Source of the DNA: Phycisphaerae bacterium
GTDB lineage: Bacteria > Planctomycetota > Phycisphaerae > SM23-33
DNA: 64,000 nucleotides
NCBI GenBank assembly: GCA_046541415.1
Contig: JBKHDI010000013.1
Location: 1,064-65,063, forward strand
Direction: 5' to 3'
The position numbers and the translations under genes were made by a program. The notes beneath the pieces were generated by a model, which saw only the letters and a program-made list of their open reading frames with translations, was not told where the DNA came from and did not search any database. Below, one piece after another: positions 41,313-51,540 of the stretch; within the stretch, counting starts at the first letter, position 1; each line of letters starts with the position of its first letter.

Positions 41313-42353
41313 CTACAGCGTCTGGCTGTGCTTATAGATGGCGGTTTCCAGCGAGCGGATGTAGGGGGTGAAGTTCGACTCCGGGTCGCTGTCGGATTCG
41401 ATGGCGTTGGTGGTCATCCACATCTTGGCGTCGAGGTTGTCGATGTAGTGCAGGAAGAAGGCCTCAGGGATCATCGGCAGCTTGGGCGAGCCGTACTCGT
41501 GGACCCCGTGGTGGGCCAGGATCATATGCTGCAGCAGGTCCAGGGTCCGCTGGGGGAAATCCTCGCCGGTTTCCTCGGCCACCTGGCGGGCCTTGTCGGC
41601 GATCCAGAGGGCCGCCAGCGTGATGTGCCCGACCAGCCTGCCGCGGTCGGTGTACTTGATGGTCACCTCGCTGGCCAGCTCGGCCGTCTTGGCGATATCG
41701 TGCAGCAGCACGCCGGCCAGGACCAGGTCGCCGTTGACCTTCGGGTACAGCGGCAGGAGCACCTTGGCAGCCCGGGCGAGGTTCAGCGTGTGCTCCAGCA
41801 GCCCGCCGACAAACGGGTGGTGCATCTGCATCGCAGCCGGGGCGCGCTTGAAGGCGGCCACAAGATCGGTGTCTTCCACGAACTGCTTGATCAGCAGGCG
41901 GATGTGCGGGTCCTGGATGGTCCGAAGGATCTCCAGCAGCTCCGACCACATTTCTTCGATGTCGTTGCCGCTGATCGGCAGGAAGTCGCCCAGGTCGACC
42001 TTCTCGCTGCTGATCGGCCGGCAGGCGTCGATGACCATCTGGATCGCGCCGCGGTACTCTTCGCAACGTCCCTTGACCTGCAGGAACCCGTCGACCGGGA
42101 TCGACTGGAAGATTGTCTCGTTGGCCTGCCACATCCGCGCCGAGATCGTGCCCGTCTTGTCCACCAGCGTCGCGGAGATGTAATAATCGCCCCGCTTGGT
42201 GGTCCGCAGGTCCTTCTCGCGGACGAGGAAGACCTGGTCGACGGCCTGGTTGGCCAGCAGCTGATCGATGTAAAGTCGTTCTGTGTTCATGGTGGACCGA
42301 TTGTACCGGCCCGGCGCGACGTTGCAAACCGCCTTGTCTGCGTGTATAAGCAA
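41313..42353 (-). CDS. YhaM/Cbf1-like 3'-5' exoribonuclease (OB-fold plus HD domain)
   Basis: N-terminal OB fold (...YYISATLVDKTGTISARMWQ...). HD domain (LLHDIAKT...HH). Family assignment from memory. Confidence 0.55.
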   Translation of the reverse strand: MLIHADKAVCNVAPGRYNRSTMNTERLYIDQLLANQAVDQVFLVREKDLRTTKRGDYYISATLVDKTGTISARMWQANETIFQSIPVDGFLQVKGRCEEYRGAIQMVIDACRPISSEKVDLGDFLPISGNDIEEMWSELLEILRTIQDPHIRLLIKQFVEDTDLVAAFKRAPAAMQMHHPFVGGLLEHTLNLARAAKVLLPLYPKVNGDLVLAGVLLHDIAKTAELASEVTIKYTDRGRLVGHITLAALWIADKARQVAEETGEDFPQRTLDLLQHMILAHHGVHEYGSPKLPMIPEAFFLHYIDNLDAKMWMTTNAIESDSDPESNFTPYIRSLETAIYKHSQTL

Positions 42354-42389
42354 GGACCTGTTCGCCCACCACCCACGGAGCCAGAACCG

Positions 42390-44207
42390 ATGAGATACAG
42401 CCAGCTACTGATCCCCACCGTCAAGGAAACCCCAGCCGAGGCGGAGATCCCCTCCCACCAGCTGATGATCCGCGCCGGATACATCCGCAAGCTCGCTTCG
42501 GGCACCTATACCTACCTGCCGATCGGCTGGCGGAGCATCCTGAAGATATCCAACATCATCCGCGAAGAGATGAACGCCGCCGGTGCACAGGAAATCTCCA
42601 TGCCCATTCTTCAGCCGATGGAACTGTGGGAGAAGACCGGCCGCAACGTCGTCTTCCAGGACATCATGTGCAAATTCCAGGATCGTCACGGGCGGATGAA
42701 CGTCCTGGCCCCTACGGCCGAGGAGGTCGTCACCTCTGTGGCCGCCGCGGAGATCAGTTCCTACAAGCAACTGCCGATCAACCTCTATCAGATCAACACC
42801 AAGTTCCGCGATGAATTCCGCCCGCGGTTCGGCGTGCTTCGCAGTCGCGAGTTCATCATGAAGGACGCCTACTCCTTCGACGCCGACGCAGCCGGGCTGG
42901 ACAAGTCGTACAGGAAGATGTACGACGCCTACTGTCGCATCTTCCAACGCTGCGGGCTGAAGTATGTCACCGTCGAGGCCGACTCCGGGGGCATGGGCGG
43001 GACGGACACCGAGGAGTTCATGGTCCCCTGTGCCGCCGGTGAAGACGTGCTGATCAGCTCGGACAAGGGCAACTACGCCGCCAACGTCGAAAAGGCCGAG
43101 ACCGGCCCGCGTGAACATGACCTGTCCGGCGATCCGACCGGCGAGTTGGACGTGGTCGATACCCCCGACTGCACGACCATCGACGAGGTCTCGACGTTCT
43201 TCAAGAAGCAGCTGAAGACCAAGCTCAAGCCCGAGAACATGCTCAAGACGCTCGTGCTCCGGGCCAGTGGCAGCGAGATGGGCGAGAACGACCCCGTCTG
43301 GATCGTCGCCGTCGTCCGCGGTGACCACGAACTGAACGAAATGAAGCTCCTGGCCCGCGTCCGCGAGAAGTTCGGGACCATCGAATCGCTGATCATGGCC
43401 GAGCCGGCCGAGGCCGCCGAAGCCGGCTTCGTCATCGGCTACGTAGGACCCTACGTGCTGGGCGAAACATGCAAGTCGGTGATGTTCGTCGATCCCGATG
43501 CAGCCCGGGGCGGCTTCTGGGTCTCCGGGGCCAACGAGGCCGACAAACACGTCCGCCACTTCAACTGGCAGCGCGACGTGGTCGAGCCTCTACAAGGAGC
43601 AGCCGAGTTCCGCCTGTTCGTCTCGGACATCCGCAACGCCCAGGCCGGCGACCCCTCGCCAAAGGAAGACGGCGGGGTGTTGCAGGAATCGCGCGGAATC
43701 GAGGTGGGCCACGTCTTCAAGCTCGGCCGGAAGTACGCCAAGGTCCTCGGCGCGACGTTCCTGGACGACAGCGGCAAGGAGCAGACCTGCCTGATGGGCT
43801 GTTACGGCATCGGGGTCAACCGCATCCTGGCCTCGGCGATCGAACTGGGCCACGATGAGAACGGCTGCGTCCTGCCGGTCAACATCGCCCCCTTCCAGGT
43901 GATCGTCGTGCAGGTCAACAACGACAGCCCCGCTGTCCGCGACGCCGCGACGGGGATCTACGAGACGCTCAAGGGCGCCGGCGTCGACGTGCTGCTGGAT
44001 GACCGCGACGCCAGGCCCGGGGTGAAATTCAAGGACGCCGACCTGCTGGGAATCCCCTTGCGGGTGGTTGTCGGCGAGCGGGGCCTGAAAGACAACCAGG
44101 TCGAAGTCAAACAGCGGACAGCAGAGTCGCCCAGCCTGATCCCGCTGGAATCGGCCGCCCAGGCCGCCATCACCGCCATCGAGCAGATCAAAAGCCTCGG
44201 CCAGTAA
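42390..44207 (+). CDS. proS: Prolyl-tRNA synthetase (bacterial type with editing domain)
   Basis: MRYSQLLIPTVKE...QLMIRAGYIRKLASGTYTYLPIG. Class II motifs and INS editing insertion. ATG at 42390 in frame with track ORF 41157..44207. The upstream part is antisense to the yhaM-like gene and is rejected. Confidence 0.9.
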   Translation: MRYSQLLIPTVKETPAEAEIPSHQLMIRAGYIRKLASGTYTYLPIGWRSILKISNIIREEMNAAGAQEISMPILQPMELWEKTGRNVVFQDIMCKFQDRHGRMNVLAPTAEEVVTSVAAAEISSYKQLPINLYQINTKFRDEFRPRFGVLRSREFIMKDAYSFDADAAGLDKSYRKMYDAYCRIFQRCGLKYVTVEADSGGMGGTDTEEFMVPCAAGEDVLISSDKGNYAANVEKAETGPREHDLSGDPTGELDVVDTPDCTTIDEVSTFFKKQLKTKLKPENMLKTLVLRASGSEMGENDPVWIVAVVRGDHELNEMKLLARVREKFGTIESLIMAEPAEAAEAGFVIGYVGPYVLGETCKSVMFVDPDAARGGFWVSGANEADKHVRHFNWQRDVVEPLQGAAEFRLFVSDIRNAQAGDPSPKEDGGVLQESRGIEVGHVFKLGRKYAKVLGATFLDDSGKEQTCLMGCYGIGVNRILASAIELGHDENGCVLPVNIAPFQVIVVQVNNDSPAVRDAATGIYETLKGAGVDVLLDDRDARPGVKFKDADLLGIPLRVVVGERGLKDNQVEVKQRTAESPSLIPLESAAQAAITAIEQIKSLGQ

Positions 44208-44213
44208 CCCTCC

Positions 44214-45170
44214 ATGCCCAAGCGACAGGACAAGCACAAGCGCAAACAGGGCTGGATCGGCTGGATGCAGTACATCGGCCTGCGGCTGTTCACTGCGCTG
44301 GTCCAGTCGTTCCCGATCTCCTGGAACTACGTGACCTGTCGGGTCATCGGCGACCTGATGTTCTTCCTGGACCACCGCCACCGCGACCGGGCCGAGCGAC
44401 ACATCCAGCTGAGCTTTCCCGACTGGCCGAAGGAGAAGGTCTCCGCCACGGCCCGAGAGTCGATGCGATCGATGGTCTACCTGGGCCTGGAAGTGCTCTA
44501 CACGCCGCGCCTGATCACGCCGCGCCTCTGGCGGAAGCACATCATCCTCGGCGAAAACATGCACGAGTGCGTCCGCCTGCTGATCGAGCGCAAGAAGGGC
44601 CTGCTCCTGCTGACCGGCCACTTCGGCAACTGGGAGGTCCTGGGCTACCTGCTGGGCACCCTGGGCCTGCCGACCGTCTCGGTTGCCCGTCGCCTGGACA
44701 ACCCGCACATCGACGAATTCGTCCTCGGCGTCCGCGAGAAGACGGGCCAGCGGATCCTGGACAAAAAGGGAGCAGCCAAAGAAATGCACGGCCTGCTGAC
44801 CGACAACGAGGCGATCGGATTCATCGCCGATCAGGACGCCGGACGGCGCGGGATGTTCGTGGATTTCTTCGGCCGCAAGGCCAGCGCCTATAAGACCATC
44901 GCCCTGCTGGCCATCCGCTACGAGATCCCCGTCGTCTGCGGCTGCGCCATCCGACAGGGGGCGAAGTACGAGTTCGAGATCGGGGCCGGGCGCATCATCT
45001 ACCCGCATGAATGGGCCGACGCCGACGATCCGGTCCGCTGGATAACCCAGGCCTATACCTCCGCCCTTGAGGGGATGATCCGCCACCAGCCGGGCCAGTA
45101 CCTCTGGGTTCACCGCCGCTGGAAACACCGACCCAAGGGCGAAGAGCAACCCAAGGACGGCATCGCCTGA
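44214..45170 (+). CDS. LpxL/HtrB-family lipid A (lauroyl/myristoyl) acyltransferase-like protein
   Basis: LTGHFGNWEVLGYLL block (HX4D-like acyltransferase region) and ...GFIADQDAG.... ~318 aa. Confidence 0.6.
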   Translation: MPKRQDKHKRKQGWIGWMQYIGLRLFTALVQSFPISWNYVTCRVIGDLMFFLDHRHRDRAERHIQLSFPDWPKEKVSATARESMRSMVYLGLEVLYTPRLITPRLWRKHIILGENMHECVRLLIERKKGLLLLTGHFGNWEVLGYLLGTLGLPTVSVARRLDNPHIDEFVLGVREKTGQRILDKKGAAKEMHGLLTDNEAIGFIADQDAGRRGMFVDFFGRKASAYKTIALLAIRYEIPVVCGCAIRQGAKYEFEIGAGRIIYPHEWADADDPVRWITQAYTSALEGMIRHQPGQYLWVHRRWKHRPKGEEQPKDGIA

Positions 45171-45252
45171 GGCGGGGGCAAACTGGCTTGGCATCGTCGA
45201 CGGTGGCAGAACCTCCCCGCCCCCGCAACTACCTGGAATGAACCGGCCCAGG

Positions 45253-46140
45253 TCAGGACAAGTCCGTTTGCTGGCGCGATGCAAAAGTCTCCTGTAAGCG
45301 CGACCACAACGATCGGACCTGGTCGGCCGCGGGTGCCGTCCCGAATTCGACGATGCTCAGCCCGGCGCGCTGCGCGGCGGTGACGGCAGGGTCGTAGTCG
45401 ATCCGGGCCAGGACCGGCAGGTTTCGGTCGGTGGCCGATGTCGTGATCTCATCGGCGATCTGTGGGTTGATGTCGGCCTTGTTGATGCAGACGGCCGCGG
45501 GGATCGAAAAGTGCTTGGCCAATTCGGCCACGCGCTGCATGTCGTGCAGGCCGCTGCGTGTCGGCTCGGTGACAATCAGAACCAGATCGGCGGCGGCGAT
45601 CGAGGCGATCACCGGACAGCCGGTCCCGGGCGCCCCGTCGACCAGCAGCCAGTCGGCCTGTCGGGCCTGGGCCAGTTCGATCGCCTGGGTCTTGACCGTA
45701 TGGACCAGCTTGCCGGAGTTGTCGGCCCCGGGCGTAAGGGCGGCATGAACCATCGGCCCCAAGCGTGTCTGGGAGAGCATCCATCGTCCGTTGACCGAAT
45801 CGAACATCTCGATCGCCCCGGCCGGGCAGGCCCAGGCGCACAGGCCGCAGCCCTCGCAGGCCAGCGGATCGATCTGGTGGGGCCGGTCGTTAATCGCATC
45901 GAACCGGCAGAGTTCGGCGCAGCGCCCGCAATCGGTGCAGCGGTCCGGATCGATCCGGGCGAGCTGCGAGCCGAAGAAGTCTTCCCGGCGTTGGACTTGC
46001 GGATCCAGCAGCAGGTGCAGGTCGGCGGCATCGACGTCGCAGTCGGCCAGGACGCAGCTTCCGGCCAACGCTGCCAGCGACGCGGTGACAGACGTCTTGC
46101 CCGTCCCGCCCTTACCGCTGATGATCACCAGATGCTTCAT
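45253..46140 (-). CDS. MinD/CooC-superfamily P-loop ATPase with 2x[4Fe-4S] ferredoxin insert
   Basis: Deviant Walker A SGKGGTGKTS. CxxCxxCxxxC motifs (CTDCGRCAELCRF, CEGCGLCAWACPAG). Confidence 0.7.
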   Translation of the reverse strand: MKHLVIISGKGGTGKTSVTASLAALAGSCVLADCDVDAADLHLLLDPQVQRREDFFGSQLARIDPDRCTDCGRCAELCRFDAINDRPHQIDPLACEGCGLCAWACPAGAIEMFDSVNGRWMLSQTRLGPMVHAALTPGADNSGKLVHTVKTQAIELAQARQADWLLVDGAPGTGCPVIASIAAADLVLIVTEPTRSGLHDMQRVAELAKHFSIPAAVCINKADINPQIADEITTSATDRNLPVLARIDYDPAVTAAQRAGLSIVEFGTAPAADQVRSLWSRLQETFASRQQTDLS

Positions 46141-47009
46141 ACTTCGCTCTTGCTGTTGGAGGCCGAAAGCAGGATTCGATCGGCCAGGTGTTGGAAGATC
46201 TCAGCCATCCCGTCGATCTGTTCGAACAGCAGCTGTCCGCGCGAGCCGACTTCGGCGGCTTCTCTGCTCAGGGGGATCTCCGCGAGGATCTCCAACCCTT
46301 CCTGCCGGCAGTAGCGGAGGACGGAATCGTCCCCGTCGGCGCGGTTGACGACCACGGCAGCCGGGACGCTCCTGGCCCGGACCATTTCCACCGCGAGTGT
46401 CAGATCGTGCAGGCTGAAGGGCGTCGGTTCGGCGACCAGGACAACCATATCGACCCCGTAGAGGGTCTCGACCGCCGGGCAGGAGGTCCCGGGTGGGGCA
46501 TCGAGAATGACCACCTCGGCATCGACAGGCTCGCGGCGGACGGCGCGAATCACCGGCGGGGCCATCGCCTGGCCGATATCCAGCAGCCCGTCGAGAAAGT
46601 GAATCGTCCCGGCCTGGCCTCTGCGGATGCGACCGATCGGCTGGGACTGCTCCCGGATCGCCCCTGTAGGGCAGACATAGCTGCAGGCTCCGCAACTGTG
46701 GCAGAGCTCGGGGAAGGTCATCACCGACGATTCCAGCGGTACGATCGCGCTGAAGCGACAGATCTTCCCGCAGAGGCCACACTGGTTGCAGCGGGCCGGG
46801 TCGACCGACGGGACCTCCCGGTAGACGGGTCGCTGCGAGGTCAACTCCGGGCGCAGGTACAGCGCGCCATTGGGCTCCTCGACGTCGCAGTCCAGGTAGG
46901 CCGCGCCAACACCGGCGGCCGAGACGGCGGCGGCGAGATTCACCGCCACCGTCGTCTTGCCGGTGCCCCCCTTGCCGCTGGCGATGGCAATGCGGCGCGG
47001 ATCAGTCAT
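46137..47009 (-). CDS. MinD/CooC-superfamily P-loop ATPase with ferredoxin insert (paralog)
   Basis: SGKGGTGKTTVAVNLA. CNQCGLCGKICRF and CHSCGACSYVCPTG. Overlaps the neighbour by 4 bp. Confidence 0.7.
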   Translation of the reverse strand: MTDPRRIAIASGKGGTGKTTVAVNLAAAVSAAGVGAAYLDCDVEEPNGALYLRPELTSQRPVYREVPSVDPARCNQCGLCGKICRFSAIVPLESSVMTFPELCHSCGACSYVCPTGAIREQSQPIGRIRRGQAGTIHFLDGLLDIGQAMAPPVIRAVRREPVDAEVVILDAPPGTSCPAVETLYGVDMVVLVAEPTPFSLHDLTLAVEMVRARSVPAAVVVNRADGDDSVLRYCRQEGLEILAEIPLSREAAEVGSRGQLLFEQIDGMAEIFQHLADRILLSASNSKSEV

Positions 47010-47295
47010 CCTGTCCAGCGCCCTCGATCTGGTCTATCCGATCACAGAGCCGCTGGAGTGTCTCTTCGATCATTGCCAGCCGATCGGCCGGTTTCGCCGA
47101 CGGGGCCGGCGCGATCTGATTATCCAGATCGCGCCATCGCCTCCGCCGCCGCCCTCCACCTCTACGTCCCCGGCCGAATCCTCTCGGCGGTGCGTCGCTG
47201 TAGCAGCCCGGCGTGTCATAGCCGGCGCAATAGCCCAGGCGGCGTCCGGTCATGGGGCCTTCTTGATTGGGTCCTGTCTGATCTCCGTATGGCAT
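47002..47295 (-). CDS. DUF5320-family protein
   Basis: MPYGDQTGPNQEGPMTGRRLGYCAGY...RGGGRRRRR N-terminus typical of DUF5320 (from memory). C-terminal helix. Confidence 0.5.
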   Translation of the reverse strand: MPYGDQTGPNQEGPMTGRRLGYCAGYDTPGCYSDAPPRGFGRGRRGGGRRRRRWRDLDNQIAPAPSAKPADRLAMIEETLQRLCDRIDQIEGAGQDD

Positions 47296-47328
47296 GGTGT
47301 TTCTCCCGCCGGCTCAGGGCCGGCATGG

Positions 47329-47739
47329 TCAGGGGTTTCGGCTTTGGCTTGGCCCGTGGCGCCGTCTACAGCGTCTGCCCAGGCCCGAGTTGCGGACCCG
47401 TTGGCCGCAGCAACCGGGCATGGCGAATGCGGGCTGGTCCAGGCGATTGGTGGCCAGGGCCTCCAGGACCGCATCGACCGGGCCGCAGACGTGCGGATGT
47501 ACCGCCAGCCCCGCGGCAAGCAGGGCTGCTTCCAACTCCCGCGACAGCGCCCCGCAGACGACCATTTCGACCTGCAGGTCCGCCAACTGGCGGGCACGTC
47601 GACCGGGCCCGGCGGGGGCCAGTGTGGCCTGGCGCTTTCGGGAAATCCCGACCCCGGACAATTCGGCCAGCAGACACTCGCCCGCCTCGTCGAGTACCGG
47701 CGAGATGCGATCTTCACGAACTGGAAGGGCCACGAGCAT
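47329..47739 (-). CDS. NifX/NafY/NifB-C-like (Nitro_FeMo-Co) cofactor-binding domain protein
   Basis: MLVALPVREDRISPVLDEAGECLLAEL... fold pattern of the dinitrogenase FeMo-cofactor-binding family. Small size. Confidence 0.5.
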   Translation of the reverse strand: MLVALPVREDRISPVLDEAGECLLAELSGVGISRKRQATLAPAGPGRRARQLADLQVEMVVCGALSRELEAALLAAGLAVHPHVCGPVDAVLEALATNRLDQPAFAMPGCCGQRVRNSGLGRRCRRRHGPSQSRNP

Positions 47740-47754
47740 AACACCGGATTCTCC

Positions 47755-47771
47755 TGTAACCGCCGTGCCAG
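47755..47771 (-). promoter_or_regulatory. Candidate sigma-54 (-24/-12) promoter for the minus-strand operon
   Basis: Minus-strand TGGCAC-GGCGG-TTACA. Perfect -24 element, -12 is TTACA versus TTGCA. ~20 nt upstream of the ATG at 47739. Confidence 0.4.
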
Positions 47772-47860
47772 AAGGTGCCGGCCGAGCGGAAGAAAGATAT
47801 AAACATAGTCATGAAAAAAGGTTGTGCTCCAAATTGTTCGCACTGTTCTTGCAAGCGGAC

Positions 47861-47909
47861 TATTGCACAATGCAAACAAAACGCAGAGTATATATTGCAC
47901 AATGCAATG
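47861..47909. promoter_or_regulatory. Two copies of a 15-bp element TATTGCACAATGCAA (inverted repeat TTGCA-N3-TGCAA), 32 bp apart
   Basis: Exact copies at 47861-47875 and 47893-47907, in the divergent region between the sigma-54 activator gene and the NifX-like operon. Confidence 0.5.
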
Positions 47910-47930
47910 AATGGGCGATACAATACGGGT

Positions 47931-49304
<1,374 letters not shown>

Positions 49305-49423
49305 TGCACGATCGGGCGGCCCCAAGGGCTGGCTCTCCGCCCGGCTCGATTTGTCGCAATAAGCTGTAAGTGAATATGGGATATATTGTTGTGCGAAGTA
49401 TTCCGGTCCGGCTCTCTCCCGGC

Positions 49424-49439
49424 TGGTACGCTCCTTGCA
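49424..49439 (+). promoter_or_regulatory. Candidate sigma-54 promoter upstream of the NifX-like/Mrp-NifX operon
   Basis: TGGTAC-GCTCC-TTGCA. GG and GC are 12 bp apart as in the TGGCAC-N5-TTGCW consensus. ~38 bp upstream of the ATG at 49477. Confidence 0.55.
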
Positions 49440-49476
49440 TTCCTGTTCGGCCGAGTTAGACCAACAAGGAGTCGCC

Positions 49477-49839
49477 ATGAAAGTCGCCATTACCGTTGCA
49501 GATTCCGGACCTGAGGCGCAGGTGGACCCGCGTTTCGGCCGGGCCCGCTGGTTCCGCATCGTCGACACCGAGACCGGGCAGGTCGAGACGGTCGACAACA
49601 CCCCGAACCTCCAGGCCGCCCAGGGTGCAGGCATACAGGCGGCACGTCGGTGTGTCGAGCTGGGCATCGAGGCGGTCATTACCGGCCAGGTGGGGCCCAA
49701 GGCCTTTGCCGTCCTCCAGGGCCAGGGCGTTGCGGTCCATACCGGGGCTTCCGGGTTGGCCGATGAGGCTTTGGAGCGATTCACCCGAGGCCAACTGCCC
49801 GCCACCGGGGCCGCAACCGTCGAAGGCCACTGGTCCTGA
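49477..49839 (+). CDS. NifX/NafY-like (Nitro_FeMo-Co) cofactor-binding domain protein
   Basis: MKVAITVADSGPEAQVDPRFGRARWFRIVDTETG...IEAVITGQVGPKAF hallmark of the family. Confidence 0.65.
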   Translation: MKVAITVADSGPEAQVDPRFGRARWFRIVDTETGQVETVDNTPNLQAAQGAGIQAARRCVELGIEAVITGQVGPKAFAVLQGQGVAVHTGASGLADEALERFTRGQLPATGAATVEGHWS

Positions 49840-49877
49840 ACTGCCCCAGTACCCGAACCCCAGGAGAAGCTCCGCCA

Positions 49878-51089
49878 ATGTCGCAGTCGTGTCATTCGCA
49901 GTCCGATCCGGACCGCAAGCAGCAGTTGGACCTGTATCGCCAGACCCGCATGGAACGGATCGCCCGCAAGCTTCTGGTGCTTTCCGGCAAGGGCGGGGTG
50001 GGCAAGAGCACCGTGGCGGCCGGGCTGGCCAGGGCCCTGGCCGCCGAGCAGTCGGTGGGCCTGTTGGACATCGACCTGCACGGGCCGAGCGTATCGCGGT
50101 TGACGGGCCTGCAGGACCGGCGCCTGGAGGTCGGGCCGGATGGGACCATCGAGCCGATCCAGCTGGCCTCGGGTCTGAAGGTCGTTTCGATCGGGCTGCT
50201 GCTGGAATCGGCCGATGCGCCGGTGATCTGGCGCGGGCCGATGAAGTACGGCCTGATCGAGCAGTTCCTGGCCAATGTCAACTGGGGCCCGTTGGATGTG
50301 CTCATCGTCGATGCCCCCCCGGGAACCGGCGATGAGCCCCTGGCGATCGCCGAACTGGTCGGCGAAGGGGCCCAGGCCGTCATCGTCACCACGCCGCAGG
50401 CCGTGGCGATCGACGATGTCCGGCGGTCCATCGCCTTCTGCCGCCAGCTGGGCCTGCCGATCGCCGGAATCATCGAGAACATGGCAGGGCTGTCCTGCCC
50501 GCACTGCGACCAGGTGATCTCCCTGTTCGGCCAGGGCGGCGGGGCCGACCTGGCCGAGGCGACCGGACAGCGTCTGCTCGGTTCGATCCGCATCGATCCC
50601 GGTGCGGTCGCCGCCGGAGATGCCGGCCTGCCGCTGCCCGGCGACGGGGCAGGGGCGGACCTGGCCGGGATCGTCGAGGCACTCAAGCAGTCCGCCCCGG
50701 CCGTCGGGGCTTGTCAGAAGAAGAACCCAATCGGAAAGGTCCTTGAAACCGTGAGAATAGCCATCCCCACCGCCGAAGGCAGGCTCTGCATGCACTTCGG
50801 CCACTGCGAAACCTTCACCGTACTGGAAGTCGACAAGGAGACCGGATTGATCGCTTCGTCCGAGTCGCTGACGCCCCCGCCGCACGAGCCGGGCGTGCTG
50901 CCGCGTTGGCTGGCCGGGCAGAACGTCCAACTGGTCATCGCCGGCGGCATGGGCCAGCGGGCCCAGGGGCTGTTCGCCGCCGAGGGCATCGACGTGGTCG
51001 TCGGCGCCCCGGCCGAGACGCCCGAGGATATCGTCCTGGCCTGGTGCAACGGATCTCTGGAAGCCGGCGAGAATGTCTGCGACCACTGA
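49878..51089 (+). CDS. Mrp/NBP35 (ApbC)-type Fe-S cluster carrier ATPase fused to a C-terminal NifX-like (Nitro_FeMo-Co) domain
   Basis: Deviant Walker A LSGKGGVGKST. CPHC Fe-S ligand motif. C-terminal IAIPTAEGRLCMHFGHCETFTVLEVD...VIAGGMGQRA NifX-like block. Confidence 0.75.
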   Translation: MSQSCHSQSDPDRKQQLDLYRQTRMERIARKLLVLSGKGGVGKSTVAAGLARALAAEQSVGLLDIDLHGPSVSRLTGLQDRRLEVGPDGTIEPIQLASGLKVVSIGLLLESADAPVIWRGPMKYGLIEQFLANVNWGPLDVLIVDAPPGTGDEPLAIAELVGEGAQAVIVTTPQAVAIDDVRRSIAFCRQLGLPIAGIIENMAGLSCPHCDQVISLFGQGGGADLAEATGQRLLGSIRIDPGAVAAGDAGLPLPGDGAGADLAGIVEALKQSAPAVGACQKKNPIGKVLETVRIAIPTAEGRLCMHFGHCETFTVLEVDKETGLIASSESLTPPPHEPGVLPRWLAGQNVQLVIAGGMGQRAQGLFAAEGIDVVVGAPAETPEDIVLAWCNGSLEAGENVCDH

Positions 51090-51540
51090 GCCCAGCCTGC
51101 AGTTGCACAGTCGTACGCGACAGGATCGCCACGGCGACTGTTTCGCCGCCCGACCCGTCGATCAAGGGGGGCTGGGGCTGGAGTTCCAGCTCGAGCCCGA
51201 TGGCTCGGTCCACACGCGGCTGGATTGCATCGAGCGATGGCAGGGTTACGACGGGATGATGCACGGGGGCATCCTTTCGGCCCTGGCCGACGCGGTGATG
51301 ACCAACTGCCTCTTCGCCGCGGGAGTCGAGGCGGTCACCGGCGACCTGCGCGTCCGCTTCCGTCAGCCCGTTCAATTGGCCGGGGCGGTCGAGGCGATCG
51401 GTCGCATCGTACGGGTGGCCGATCCACTGTATGTCATGCAGGCCCGGTTGGTCCAGGCAGGGCAGGTCAAGGTCAGCGCCGAGGCCAAGTTCATGCGGAC
51501 CGGCCCGAGCCCAGCGACCAGACCCAGCGGCCGAGGGTAA
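51073..51540 (+). CDS. Hotdog-fold thioesterase (PaaI/YbgC-like)
   Basis: ...YDGMMHGGILSALADAVMTNC... central helix motif. Overlaps upstream gene by 17 bp and the convergent znuB by 50 bp. Confidence 0.5.
   Translation: MSATTEPSLQLHSRTRQDRHGDCFAARPVDQGGLGLEFQLEPDGSVHTRLDCIERWQGYDGMMHGGILSALADAVMTNCLFAAGVEAVTGDLRVRFRQPVQLAGAVEAIGRIVRVADPLYVMQARLVQAGQVKVSAEAKFMRTGPSPATRPSGRG

Noticed and set aside
41157-42389. 5' part of the 1016-aa plus-strand ORF (41157..44207)
   Set aside because: Antisense to the YhaM-like gene. proS homology begins at MRYSQLLIPTVKE (42390).
47863-47907. TTGCACAATGCAA elements considered as sigma-54 -24/-12 promoters
   Set aside because: GC-to-GC spacing is ~7 bp rather than 12, and the GG dinucleotide is absent. 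Better explained as activator or regulator binding sites.
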